This document shows positions 1 through 13,113 of a stretch of 64,000 nt of DNA, piece by piece. The position numbers and the translations under genes are program-made. Numbering within the stretch: the stretch's first letter is position 1; the number at the start of each line of letters is the position of its first letter. The notes beneath the pieces are model-generated. The model was not told the DNA's origin, made no database searches, and saw only the letters and a list, made by a program, of their open reading frames with translations. The DNA comes from Spongospora subterranea f. sp. subterranea (lineage: Eukaryota), in assembly GCA_049724395.1 (NCBI GenBank), contig JAUGWO010000023.1, positions 124,001 to 188,000 of the forward strand, written 5' to 3'.

Positions 1-5
1 GGAAA

Positions 6-2517
6 ATGGAATATGGAAATGGTGATATATATCGAGGGGAATGGCGAGCCGGCAAGCGATCAGGACGAGGGCAACTCAGATATTACGCATCAGGAGACGT
101 ATATTATGGGCTATTCCACCATCAGTTGGTGTTTTTCTGGTCCACGGGCGTCATCCACAGACTGAATCATTGTCAGAGTGGCAAACGGAGAGGGGATAAT
201 TGAATATAAAGACGGATCCAAGTTCCAGGGCACATTCATAAACGGCGTCAAGTCTGGTAAAGGAAGTCTTCAACTCACAGATGGGCGAATACTAGAAGGT
301 ATTCACACGATTTCTGAACTCGAACTATATCGTGTGAATAAGCGGTATTTTAGGAATGTGGACCAACGGCGAGCTGACCAGTATTGAGGGAATGACCCAT
401 CCTAATGGGGATCGATATATTGGGTACTTGCAGGACAACGCATACCATGGCGATGGGGAACTTCATTTCGGCAATGGGTCCATCTTTAAAGCCAAGGTTT
501 TCACAGTCTCTGTTATGTCAATGGGAAACGCGAAGTTTGACGAACAAAATAGTTTGACCTCGGAAATTTCCCCGACAACGGCCTGATGGTCTACGCTAAC
601 GGCGATGAATGGACAGGGCGAGTCGACGAGAATGGTCGTCGCCAGGGATATGGGATCATGTCCTGGGTGAATGGTGATCAGTTCTCCGGCACGTACTTGG
701 ACGATAAACGGCACGGAAGGGTCTGGACAAGTAGTTCATGTGTTCGCAAACGCTGCTGATATACATTAGGGGAATATGATAACGTCCGATGGGAATGATT
801 CCATACAGTATTACGATATGGATGAGGTCAAAACGATGGTGCCCGAAGTTGATGATCTTATCAAACCTTCCATTTGTGGGAAACCGACAACCGACGGAAG
901 AAAACCTGCCTCATTAAACCACCAAAATCGGCCTCAAAATAGACAAGTTTATGAACAGGAACGCTCATCCAGGCCACAAATCAACGTAATGATCAAACGT
1001 GATAGCAATGTAGGTTCATAAGTGATCAGGCTGAGAACCGTCGATCAACCTTTAACTGGATAGGCGTCGCAGCCGACACCAGACAAAGTGGCATCCCGAC
1101 TGAAGGGGTTCGTATCGACGGGTCTTGAATTGAAAAATCCTGCGAAGGCGCTTAGTGGGCGAACAAGTAGGTGAGAACGCACACGAAGATATTGATGGGA
1201 TTGTTGATGCGTTGTGGGTTAGTATTGAGTCTGTAAACATCTCATTCGAAGACGACGACAAGGCGACTGTGAAGGAGATTAGCCGGCAATATAGTATTGA
1301 TAGTGTGGTGATAAGCGAATCAGGTTCCGAAACCGATGATCCACTGGCCGATATCGACCAGCCAAGATGTGTCACTCCAAAACATATGATCTTGTCCTAT
1401 GAGCCTAGACCATTGACACACGGTTCATATATTTCGTTCGTTATCTGTTGGTTGACATCCATTCCTGACCAGCTTGGAGAATAGGGGCCCACAGCGATGG
1501 ATATGGCGTCGGTATGGCCCTACTTAACACACGTCAATGGCAAACATCGATACTCGATAGCAGGCGGCAAAGTAAAAGCGATTACCTAACAACATTGCAT
1601 GCACTGAGAATTATATGATCTCAGGACACCAATCAGGAAATGAATATGGGAGACGCCTTGATATACTTCAGAATGTGGTGAAGGTAATTGAGTTCATATT
1701 ATCATGGGCTGATGTATTCAATGAACCATGGCAGAACCAGCAGGAACAAAAGTCGACACTGAAAGCGAATCCCCACTCCGATGCGTCACAGACTAGGAGA
1801 ATAGATATCACGACACGCCTTCGCGCAAGGCAAAGTGATACGCCCGTATCGAATATTATCGTAGGAAGGCTAACGAAAACAACAACAGCAGGGCAAGATG
1901 AAACTGTGAAAATGGGGCAAAATACCGAGAGCGCTAAAGAATTGAACGAGAACAAGGTTAAGAAATATATCAATTTAGGAAACACCGATATTGTGGAGGA
2001 TGGCGATTCTCAAGAACTGAAAGGAGATATGATGGAGCGCTGGACAGTCAATGACGTGTCGATGTGGCTGAAAACGCAAGGAATGGGAGAGTTCATCGAC
2101 GACTTCGTCTCGGCAGAAATTGATGGCTCGAAGATACATAGCCTAGTTTCTGAGAACTCCTTAGAGAAGGTAATACGGTTTTAAACATGTGAGAGGAGAA
2201 CAATGTAAAAGTAATATGGAGTTTAGGTGATCGAGCAAACTGGGCATTCAATTGTGATGAGATCGCAAATCATCTTTGCTGTTAAGAACTTGGCAGCAGC
2301 GAACCTGAAATCTGCTCCACTTCGTGGATCAGTCAAAAAATTGCAAATCCGAATTCGTGGCGCGAACAATGTAGGGCATAATATTGATGAAACAAAGGGG
2401 ACGAACGAAGAGTGGCAGAGAATCCGATTTCGGACCAATATATCTAGCGCGAGGGCGTCTCCTATTGGTGTGGGGCGACTGCGAGAAATTTGGGAAGCGA
2501 AACAAAGAAGAAAATGA
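6..2517 (+). CDS. MORN-repeat protein with C-terminal SAM domain (5'-partial, multi-exon; may be two genes)
   Basis: Exons encode repeated MORN motifs (YGNGDIYRGEWRAGKRSGRG; YKDGSKFQGTFINGVKSGKG; HPNGDRYIGYLQDNAYHGDG). ORF 1615-2184 ends in a SAM motif (WTVNDVSMWLKTQGMGEFIDDFVSAEIDGSKI). Linkage of the two halves is inferred. Confidence 0.7.
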
Positions 2518-2567
2518 TATCAATAAAAATATATAAACTAATTGCCATAAAGAGATCGAAGACATGC

Positions 2568-3709
2568 TCACATCCTCGCTTGACCGAGCAGTCTTTCTCG
2601 CATCACCATAAGCTGATGGAACGCTACTCGCTTGGAGATATACAGGCTGACAAATTCGTCTTCTGTAATTTTGGATGACGAATACTGATTACGAACATCT
2701 TCGCTTTCTACGTCAATAATATCTGCCCTTTCTTCTGCAAGTTGACCAAGAACTCGAGGCGAATGCCTCGATAAAATAGACTGTCGCATGCTCACCGCTG
2801 CGTGGTATTCGGCAGTGGACTGCTGTAACCGGGATTGTAAAGCGACGATCTCGTCACGCAGGGAATTCACTTCCTCCTCATACCCCAAAATCGTATTTGC
2901 GACTTCAGCGACATCATGTTCAATTCCATCGCGCAATACCGACACGGCGTTCCATATGGGAAGCTTCTCAATGAAAAAATCCAGGTCGGTTTCAGAAGAT
3001 ATTAACTGTTTCAGCTCCGCAACTGAAAGCTGCCCTGTTTCAGCAATGGACGTTGGTAACGGGGGAAGCGCAATAGCAGTTGGATGGATATTCTCCATTG
3101 CTGGATTTGTGTTTCGGGGTTGCTCAACAGGTTTTAGCTGTGGCTGCTCAAGGATCACTGGAGGGTTATTGAAGAACTCCAAAACAATTCCATGGACGAC
3201 GCTCCCCAAGGAGTATTGCGGGTTCCAACCACCGCCAAGCTGCGAATGCCGGACACTTGATTCACACAACAATGGATGCGAAGCGCCAGCGATAGACACC
3301 GAGATCATCGGCGATATTGTAGGAAATTCATCTGGGAGACGGCTGAAGAAAGCATGAATTTGTGATCATAATTCCCTTGCAGCATAACATACATTAAAAG
3401 CAAAAATTTGCAGGTGCTTGTGTGGACGGGGAGATCGAACGATCGTAAATCGGGATGTACAATGATTGCAGGATTAAGCCGTTTCAACTCCGATATTTGC
3501 AATTGCCTCCTGTGATTGGAACACAAATCGAATGAGCAACCGGCCTGGCTTGATAACAAAGCGGATTCAAGCGTACGGTTGATCGGACGGGGCCTGCTTT
3601 CTTCTGAACATGATGCCTGGGCTGACTGGCGTATCGATCGGCGATCAGCCACTGGACAGAGATGTCGACTATGTATTAACGATATTAGTGATATGATTCT
3701 GAATTTCAC
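2568..3709 (-). CDS. VPS37: ESCRT-I subunit VPS37-like (UEV-like N-terminus, Mod(r) C-terminus); start approximate
   Basis: C-terminal coiled coil and 'DVESEDVRNQYSSSKITEDEFVSLYISKRVAFHQL' fit the Mod(r) signature. N-terminal 'LPDEFP..SP.I..HP' and 'GWNPQYSLGSVV' fit a UEV-like domain. Confidence 0.75.
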
Positions 3710-4205
3710 GACATGACGCGATAACGTTAGTACCGAGCGGACTACACAGTGGAAGCGCGGCGGCAGCCCTCTGTCAATGAAGAATGAACTGGGTCTCGGT
3801 GCAGCCCTCCTGCTCTACCTCGTCTCTTGACGCTTACATGCAACGGCCGACCCTGGTTGTACCGGCACCGCACTGAATGATCACCCAGCGAACAAAACCA
3901 GCTGAGATGCGGCGCCTCACCGGAAACGGACGGGCGATACCGAGGGGGCAGCACTCACGCTTCCGCTCCAGTAGGTTCTAGAGGAACATTTTTTTTTAGT
4001 TTGTAGCGCCACTTCTGAGATTTCAAATAAAAATCTTATGACTGGCGGGAGTATTGTTCGATTTCAGTCATTGAGTGAATTCGTTTATTTGGACTGAGTT
4101 GGTAACTGATTAGACGCGTGCCTGAGTTGGCAGGTTTTTGTGATCGTAAAAGCCAATAAGTAGAATACATTTTCAGCCGTTTGATCAAAACTCAATTCAT
4201 CGAAA

Positions 4206-4865
4206 ATGCTTCATCAAACACAGGTTGCCGTTGTCGCTGTCGTATTGTCCTTGCTTTACTGCCACGCAACCGCGGCGTGTGCTCCTCTAGTGGTCAACGT
4301 GTTCGGGCCGAGCGAAACAACTACTCGAAATGCTCTTGGTCAATTGTCAGGAGACGACGCCACCCTGCAAGCTGTTTCAATTGTAGATAACAAGTTGATT
4401 GCTCAAACCCGTGAGAAAGTACCAGGACTATGGTATACCGATCTCAACAGTTCGTGCCAAGATGTCTCACCCATGAAGCTGGATACTCTCGAAGTGGTTT
4501 GGTCGAACAGCGCTCCGGTGGAGTTATCGATATCTGTTATGTGGGGAGCCAGCGATGACGCCTGTAAAACTCGTACCTGGACCGAAACTACAAGTGCATC
4601 TCAAGGAGGTGCGTTGGGCAATGTCTTCAAGACGAGCACAGTTAAGCTAGACTCGATGATGCAAGCTCGTATTCATGCCGTATTATTGGGATTCAAAGCG
4701 CTCGATTATTCCACAACCTATACGATCCAAAGCGTGAAACTACTCGCATCAGATGGATCGTGCAGCCCAACGCAAGTGGCTAAAGGAACCAGCGGCGCCT
4801 TTACTCTAGGCGTATCAGTTTTTGCTGCCGTAGCTGTTTTCGCAGCCGTGATGTTGGCACACTAG
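4206..4865 (+). CDS. Intronless 219-aa secreted, probably GPI-anchored or membrane-tethered protein of unknown function
   Basis: N-terminal hydrophobic signal (VAVVAVVLSLLYCHATA), several Cys, and small residues (TSGA) followed by a terminal hydrophobic tail (FTLGVSVFAAVAVFAAVMLAH). Confidence 0.75.
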   Translation: MLHQTQVAVVAVVLSLLYCHATAACAPLVVNVFGPSETTTRNALGQLSGDDATLQAVSIVDNKLIAQTREKVPGLWYTDLNSSCQDVSPMKLDTLEVVWSNSAPVELSISVMWGASDDACKTRTWTETTSASQGGALGNVFKTSTVKLDSMMQARIHAVLLGFKALDYSTTYTIQSVKLLASDGSCSPTQVAKGTSGAFTLGVSVFAAVAVFAAVMLAH

Positions 4866-5121
4866 AACGCCGTTTAGTAGGGCGCTCTTAGAAATAAAAA
4901 ATTAGTTCGGCTGAACCTTCGTCTGGCTCCATGCAAAAACGCCAACAGAATCGTGTTTCGCTGCCCTGCGTGGATGGCTGCTGAGGCGACTGCTGCACAG
5001 TCCCCGCAGTGCGTGCACAGCAGCGGCCTTCTGTCGTGTTACCTCGTGTTACACGACGTGTGTGTGTATTAGTGACGTTGAGTGTCGTTGCTGTTAGTGT
5101 TCACTGTACGGACCCTGTTGA

Positions 5122-7932
5122 ATGGCCACGTCGGATATCGATTCGCTGCTCAAAGAAACTGACCAGTTTTTGTCGCAGCATCATTTGGGGCAGGCTGAGG
5201 CCTCGCCGCGCCTCAATACCGATGACGATGACGATAGGGACGACGGTGTGGCTGGCAAACATGTCGATCGGCTGCTGAGAGATACGGATTCGCTGCTTCG
5301 CGATATCGGGCAGTCATCCAACGTTGTCGTGCCCCCAGTTCAGCATGATTCCGACTCCGATGTTCTCCGTTCGGACGACCAGTCAAAACTGAAATCAACA
5401 CTTCTTTCATTTGAGGATTCGCCTTCTGATAGTGACATTGCCATTTTATCCAAAGAAGTTGCCAGTCGAAGGTCATTTGCGAGGCCGTCCCCGGCTCGTC
5501 CATCGCCTTATGTTGACCAAGGTGTGATGTGCTCAAGCTTGAGTAACAAATGGTTAACCTGATTTACAGATTTTTCGACGCTTAACCGATTACTTAATCG
5601 TTGCGGGTTTTCGTCTTTAGATAGACAGCCATCACCCAGTGATCTTTCCAGAACTTTGCTATCGGTATTAACTCAATATGAAGTCAAAGGAGATCTTATT
5701 CAAACTCTCCTAGAGCAGCAGAATCGCGTACCGGTTTCGTACACCGCACTTTGAACGCGTCCTGATATATCCCCTTTTAGGATCAAAACAATGCCGGAAA
5801 CCAGACCGAGTTTTTGGAAGCGGCAAATCGGACTTTGAATGCTAAGCTCAAAGAGGCCGAAAGACAAATCGAAGTTAGTGTATTCTTGTCTCAAGTTCTT
5901 ACTTGTAATTGTGACAAGGATAGGCGCTCTCTGCAACGAATCGAGGAAATCAGGAGACATTCATCGGTGAAAGCGATGTTTCCACTGCTGAAATTAGACG
6001 CTTGCGGGCGAAAAACCACTCCTTAAAGGCCAAGGTATCTCAAGCTGAAAATGACGTACGCACAAAGGAACTGGCATTGGAGGAAATGCAGTCAAGTTTA
6101 ATGAAGCTTGCTGCAAAGGTTCGGATACCACAAGCATCTGTTTTCGGTCTCCAAGTTAACGTTAAGTTCGAAGGAGGAATTTCGCCATCAGCGTGAAGAA
6201 GAAATGTTCCGACAAATGTTTAACAAACCACCCAGGCCATCCTCATCTAAAGACTCCCAGACGCTAGAGATGATTGGCGCGTTCGAATCCCAGCGTACTC
6301 GAATGCAGGAGGAAATCGATGCACTTGCTCGCAAATGTGCCAAAATGTCTGAAAGCTATGGAGGGCTAACTGATTCTTGGTCGCGAAAAAGCAATGAAGA
6401 TGCGAAGTAGGTCAATGCAAGATTAATTGGATCTGCTGCTTACATATTCCGTTTTTTATACAGCGAAAAATTGATTGAATCGCTCAGCGGGCAAGTCTCG
6501 CAACTGAAAACCGAGCTTGAGAAGCGGCCGACCGGAAGACAATGGAGTGAGAATCAAAAAGAACTTAAAGAAGTTCGTGCAAAACTAGCTGAAGCTCGAA
6601 AGTAATGGTTTACTTCATCCATCGATCACATTTATATTCGCCTTTCTTACGTCTGTGAAGTGTCAGTGATATCCGCCAGAAGATGTCTACAAGGGAACTC
6701 ATCGGTCGGGATAGAGATGTGTACAAGCTTTCGCTTGATAAGCTGGAACACATTCCGCAGCCTATTTGTGTGGAGATTCTTCAGGATGTTTGCCGAATAC
6801 TTCATGTTGACGATGTCGCTCTTGTTATTCCAGCAATTAAGAAGATCTGCAAAGCGGTACTGAAAATTCCTATTTTGCAAAACGTAGGCAGTTTCACTGT
6901 TATGTGGCATACCAAAATTGATTTGCAAATAGTTTTTCCGGGATATCGTGCATATATGTGGTGTGGTCATTGATGAAGACGCCGATCCCAATAGCTCAAT
7001 CAATAAGATACTGCCAATGATAACATCGTGGAAAGACGATATGAAAATTTTAGCTGAAATGGAAGCGTTTCAACGCGATTTGTGGCACAAAATCCAACAG
7101 CGCAAGACTGGATTGCTCGAAATTCCTTGCTCTGATTCATCTGTTACCCCCATCGGGCAGGTATATGAAGACATTTTTCACGTTGGGCGTTTGTTTAAGC
7201 TATTTTCTAGCGTAATACTATTCTATCCGCTGTTGGCGAGTTAATCAATACGGAAATTGAGCTTTTTGACAGCAAAGAGGCATTTAACAAACTCGGTCGT
7301 GACGTCAAGGTCGGTTTCTGTTAGTACTTCTCATTGTCGTCTATTCAGACCTGATTAGGATCGACCGGATTTATTATCCAACAAGATTGTTCATCATTTT
7401 ATGCAGCTCTTTGGCGTGGATTCCATTGAAGGAATCTTGCCGGCCATGTCCAGGACATGCGTCGACTTGGAATCGACACGCAATTTCATGAACGCCGTTC
7501 GTTCGACGTTGCATCTGGAGTCTAATGCGTCCGTTTCGGCAATCGTGAGCCAGATCCAAAGATTGGTGGAAAATATTCCGTCGAGTAGTGATCGAAAAGA
7601 GGAGCCGGATTTTCAGACGGCAGACACCATCATCCAGCTTCGACAGTTGCTAATGGTTCAGTCTCATTCACAAATGGTCGATGCTTGTAGAAAGTGAGCA
7701 GTTCACCAAACACATCGTTTCTCTCTTCTAACAATGCATCTTTCGAGATTGGCTGATCGATGCGCGTTATACGATGGATTATTCCCTCACGTTGATCACC
7801 TTTTAAATAGGCTCTTTGCTATTTTGCATGTTCATCATATTGTCAGTTGATCATTGCCAATTTCATTGCACATTCTGATTTTTATTTTGATAGAATGATA
7901 TTGTTCCGGCAGTTCAACGGCTGTCACAGTAA
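5122..7932 (+). CDS. CEP70: Centrosomal protein CEP70-like coiled-coil protein (multi-exon)
   Basis: Coiled-coil exons plus 'HFMQLFGVDSIEGILPAMSRTCVDLESTRNFMNAVRSTLHL' and terminal 'YDGLFPHVDHLL...DIVPAVQRL', which resemble the CEP70 C-terminus. Stop TAA 7930-7932 reached after splicing. Confidence 0.7.
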
Positions 7933-8002
7933 AATAAACGTCGAGTAAATATTTCCTTGAACGATTTTCATCGTGCCTTGTGTCCGTGACGGGTCAGATC
8001 AG

Positions 8003-11000
8003 ATGGTGCTGGGCGATGCGGACCCATCGCCGACGGCGCGCCAAGCGCTCCGATCGATATGGGATCGAATCCCTTTATCGAATCGCCCTGCCTTGATTGT
8101 GCCTGGGTTAGGTCCTGTCCCCTTTATCGTATTTCACGACTGGGTCAAGGCGATCGCGTCAGTTTTAGCGCCATTTCGTCGGTAATTAGCGAAAATACTA
8201 TTTTGAACCCCAGCTTAGCTCATCTTTTCGATTTCAGCATTGCAATATTACTTGATCGATCGGTTGAAGCAGCAATAGTGGTTATGGCCTGTCTTCTGAC
8301 GGATCAGACGTCGTTTATCCCAATCGCCATCAACTCTTCCCTCGAACGGACCTCCGAGATGGCGGCCCACGCTGACCTTTTGGTATTATCACCCAGCACA
8401 CGACCGCCTGCTGAAATCTCAGTACCGGTGGCAATAATCTCCATCCAGGATGGCGCCCTGGATATTGACCTTCCTGATCAGCGCCACAAACGAGGCCGAA
8501 TGTCGTCTGTAGACCCTGATATATGTTGCCGCCTTCACACGTCGGGCTCGTGTTCGGGCGTCGGTGCTGCCGTGTCCATTGCCTGGTCCGGTGTTCACAA
8601 CAGGTTCCAATGGATGTGGGAGTCGTATCCTTTCCTGCCTGACGACCGGATGATCTGGACGACCCCGCTCAGTTTCATCGATTCCCTATGGCAGGTCTAT
8701 GGCGCCATTCTCTACCAGGTCCCGTTGGTGATTATCCCACCCGATCGTGTCGCCAATATCTCCGACCTGAGTGGCGTTCTACTGGACCATTTGGTCACTC
8801 ACCTGGTGTCGATTCCGTCCGTCCTGCGCGCGTTGCTTCAGCTCCATTGGCGCCATGACCAGCATGCTCTACCTCCGATCCGTTTCATGGTTCTGAGCGC
8901 TGAGCCTCTCGATAATCTGCTGGCCATGGCGCTACGCCACCTGTATCCATCGGCACACCTTCTCAACCTGTATGGGTGCACTGAGGCGTCGGGTGATTCG
9001 ACGTATTTTCAGTGGTCGTCGCAATCGTTGGTCCCTCCTCATATCATCGACGATATCCAGTCTCTTCGCCCCTATTGCCAATGGGACGTTGTCTCTTCGA
9101 ACATCTGCCCGATCGGCTATCCGATTCCTGGGAATATCGTGTCGCTGACCGCGGAGGGGGAACTCATCATTAATAGTGTGCAAGTGGCATCGCGTCGCCC
9201 TCATCCAACTGGCGACATCGTTCACCGCGACGCCCAAGGGCGTCTGATCTACATTGGGCGGGCGCAGCGATCGAGATCGCACAAGATTCATGGGCGATGG
9301 GTTCACCCGGAATCGATTGAAGCGTTCCTCCATGGTGTTCCTGGGGTGGACCGGGCGATTGTCATGGCCGTTGAACGCGATGTTCTAGCGGCGTTGATCG
9401 TGCCAGACCAGGAAACTACAATCACTATTGATCAGATTCGTGAGGCGTGTTCTGGGAACGTCGATCCGTTCCTCCTACCCAAGATCATCATCATTCGCCC
9501 ATCTATCCCGTGCACGATCAGCGGGAAACCTGATCTGACACAGATATCGTCGCTGTTATCAGCGTCAGTCCACAAAGCGGTTCCAGCAGATTCCGCGGTT
9601 CCCTTATCGATATCCACTGTCGTACGCCAATCGTTCTCCGAGGCATTACGAGTGAATATTGCTGATATCGACGACAACGACCATTTGGTGCATAAGGTCG
9701 GCCTGGATTCACTAACCGCTAATTACGCCATTTACCTAACCGTATCGCGTCTTGGCTATGGGCCAACGATATTGACACCAGCTGACATCGCGACCCATCC
9801 AACCATAAATCATCTCATCTCCCTGGTGCACGATCGCATCAACAGCTCATCGGTTTCCGCCCCCATAACCGACCTAGCGCCGTCGCGTTCCATCCCATCA
9901 TCGAATCCCCTACCAGATTCGGGAGGTTGGTCGATATCGTGGTCGTGGTCGATCGGGATGGGCCGTTGCGTCGACGCGTCCCCATTGTTGGCGGTATCGT
10001 CCGCCCATGGCCCTGTCGTCGTTGTCGCCTCTCACGCCGGTACCGTCAGGGCCATCGCCTCGGACGATGGCGCCATCATCTGGACCGCCACGTTACCCAG
10101 CCGATTTGAATCGGGGGCCGTATCTGATGGCGACGATCGTGTGTTCCTTCCTGGTCGGAACGGAATTCTGTATTGCTTGTCGATGATTACAGGTCGGGTG
10201 TTGTGGGAATCTGATCTTCACGGTCAACTGAAAGGGGTTCCGGTGATGTTCTCTCCATCATCAGTTCTGTTCGGGTCATATAACGGGTCGATATATTGTC
10301 TTGCCACAGCGGATGGGTCGATCTCATGGCGTATTTCACTCGCCGCTGGCCCGATACCATCAACACCGTCGCTATATCGCCCTGGCAATCTGATCATCGC
10401 GGCCACGCTTTCTGGCGTCGTCACCGCTTATCGATACGTCTCGCCATCCACGTGTCCTGTACTGCATTGGACCCGGCAGTTGTCGAAAGCGATATTTGCC
10501 AGTCCAACAATCATTGAGGATCGCGAATGCGTTTTGATCAGTGAAGTTCATGGAGCTATGTCATGTTTGAACTGTGCTCAAGGGTCATTATCGTGGCAGA
10601 TTGACTTGAACTCGGCGATATTCGTGGCGCCGACGCTACTGGGCCAGTCGATATTGATAACCTGTCAGAGCTCCGGAATTACCTGTTATGATGTTGATGG
10701 CGTCCACGATTGGGATTGGTTCCCCAACGCTGTCCATGGTCTATACAGCTCTCAGATCACGCCCTTTGTTCACGGCGATCGCCAATATTTATGTGTTTGT
10801 ACCCATTTAGGGGTTTTATCCATCGTTGGGCCAATCGGGGGCGGGACCAACGTTCCACAACAGCTCGTCGAATATCGCCTCCCTGCCGAATCGTTCTCGT
10901 CGCCCCTGATTATTGACGATCTCATCGTTATCGGTTGTCGTGATGACCGTGTCCATGCGTGCAAGCTCACTGAACCTGTGCGGAAAATATCTCAAGAGCG

Positions 11001-11025
11001 ATCGAGCACCGATTTCACAGACTGA
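8003..11025 (+). CDS. AASDH: AASDH/ACSF4-type NRPS-like enzyme (adenylation, thiolation and PQQ-like beta-propeller domains)
   Basis: ATG 8003 and one intron at ~8182-8238. A-domain motifs HTSGS, NLYGCTE, TGD, YIGR..KIHG, PCTISGKPD; carrier site GLDSL; propeller motifs GRCVDASP and FSSP...IGCRDD. Confidence 0.88.
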
Positions 11026-11040
11026 TTCCGATCAGACGAT

Positions 11041-12574
11041 ATGCAAGCGCCATCCTCTATATCGAAAAGCAGTCTGGATCGTATTCGGCAAGCTGTTTCG
11101 CCAACCAGCTCATCTGGTCATGATATTCGCCGAGAAAAGGTGTGGCAGATTTCACATAATTTGCGATTTGCTTTGAATTTTGAACAATTTGCAGTTAAGG
11201 GCTCTGCAAGCCAAATCCATTGGTCGGGTTCAGACCTGGAGTAATACGTTAGAGGCTCAACGAGAGCAGGCCATTGTGGCCAGAGCGAAGCGCTTGGAAC
11301 TTGAGGAGCAGAAGCAGCAGGTACAGGACGAAGAGGATCGCCTACGATATGAGGCCAAGCGCCAACAAATCATCAACAACGCCAAACGGATCATGTTTGA
11401 AGAAACCGAGATGATGAAGAAACTGTCGAGCGCGAAACTGTTGAGCGACGTCGTCGTCGAACGAAAAGCGTGCCGGAAGGTGAAGGGATGCCATTGCACA
11501 GAAGGCCCTGGAGGCCGAAGAACTGTTCCAGGAAGGGATGCGAACGCAACGAGAGATCGGAATTCGCGAAGAGATGCAGCAAGCCACCAGGCGTCGATCG
11601 GCCCAAATGCAAAGCGCTACGATGGTCCGGCAACAGAAGCTGGATGCGGAAAACGCCAGAGTACAGTCTAAGCTGGAAGCGCGCGCTGAAGGCGAACGAT
11701 TGCAGGCGAAAGCTAAGCGGGATCGTGAAGAAGATACCGAAAACAGTCGGTTGAAAGCAATCGCCCAAAAACAGGCTAAAGCTCAGGCACTGGAAGCTCA
11801 AAAGCGACATCTGGAAGTGATTCGACTGGCGAAAGAGAAGGACGCTAAAGAATTAGCTGCCAGTGTAGTGGCGGCCGAAAAACGGCAGCAACTTGCTGAT
11901 TTGTTGAAGAGTAAACACGCTGAGCGCGCGAGGCAGAAATTTGAACAGCGGGAGCGTATCAACATGGCGGTCGCGAAAGCTCGCGAACAACAGCTGCTGG
12001 CTCAAGTGGAATCGACCGAGAGAGAGGCGGAAGAACGGAACTTAAAGCAAAGGAAGGAGGAAAGCCAAGTGGCACAGAAACACGCGAGTCGACTGGAGGA
12101 CATGAAACGATCGATTGCCGCTCAGATTGAATGTCGAAGGAAGAATCAGGAGGAAGTTCGGGCACAGAACGAGAAAGATCTGGCGAACGCCAACGACGAA
12201 GTGGCCGCTCACTACCGCGACGAATCGTGCAAAATTCAGTCGGCTAGGCAGAAATCCCTGGAGCTGGCCGCGTTCCATCAGCAGCAGATGGTATGTGAAA
12301 TCACGCATGGTCTTCGTATATGCTGATCGTGCAATAGAACAGTAAAAGGGAACAGGCGATCGCTGAGGATCCGGAGCAACAGAACGTCGACGCCGTGGTG
12401 GCCAACCGAAATTGGGCAGACGAACGATTCCATCAGTATTCTGACGAGCTGATGCGCAAGTATAGCGCCCTAGGACCCGACGTCGTTTTGCCGATTCGCT
12501 TAACCATGAATCGTATCTACGCCGAACAGCACCCTCCCAAGCGCAAACAACAAAGATCCACTAACCCATTCTAG
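11041..12574 (+). CDS. CFAP210: CFAP210/CCDC173-like TPH coiled-coil ciliary protein (apparent 1-nt frameshift near 11486)
   Basis: 'RVQTWSNTLEAQREQ...RQQIINNAKRIMFEETEMMKKLSSAKLLSDVVVER' fits the CCDC173 N-terminal block, followed by a long E/K/R/Q coiled coil. Introns at ~11140-11194 and ~12291-12337. Confidence 0.7.
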
Positions 12575-13113
12575 CACCAAATACACACAAAACAATCCCA
12601 AAACAGCGTGTACTTCGTATCTCATGTACTCACAATGTTCGGCGGCCCGATAGGAATGTGCGGGGGCGCCGGATGCGCCACGTCCAGTCCAGGTCCCCAC
12701 TGGCGTACACCAGTGAACGTTAATCGGACACTTGCTGACGTACCCTAGTCCGGGATTACGCGGACACGCGATCATCACGTTACACAGAGTGGAACCCGAA
12801 CTGGAACTGGGCTGCAGCCCCTGCGACTTGGATCGTGTCGTCCCGACGCGGCACCACAGTGTGAAACGGGTCCAGATTGGCCACTGGCAGGATAATCGGG
12901 TTGTTGACAGAATAATCGATACGGCAGGGATCGCCCGGCCAACGGTTCTTTATACAGACCGCACCTATGGCTGGCACTTTACAGGACGCAGGTGATGAAC
13001 GCGATGTTCTCGTTTTTGGCCAGGTCACCTTTCTGTATAACGGCCTCCGTTCTTCGTACGACATGCGTTCATCTGCAGCAGTCAATAGGATGACCTGTTA
13101 ACAGGGCATCGTC

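Noticed and set aside
2788..3357. Long antisense ORFs (this one, also 19198-19617 and 38656-39123)
   Set aside because: Shadow frames of well-supported genes on the opposite strand.
7973..8240. Apparent frameshift at the AASDH 5' end
   Set aside because: Explained by a canonical intron at ~8182-8238 (gtaatt...tttcag).
12600..13090. Possible small spliced gene on the minus strand
   Set aside because: GT-AG pairs exist but no recognisable product or unique exon structure could be supported.
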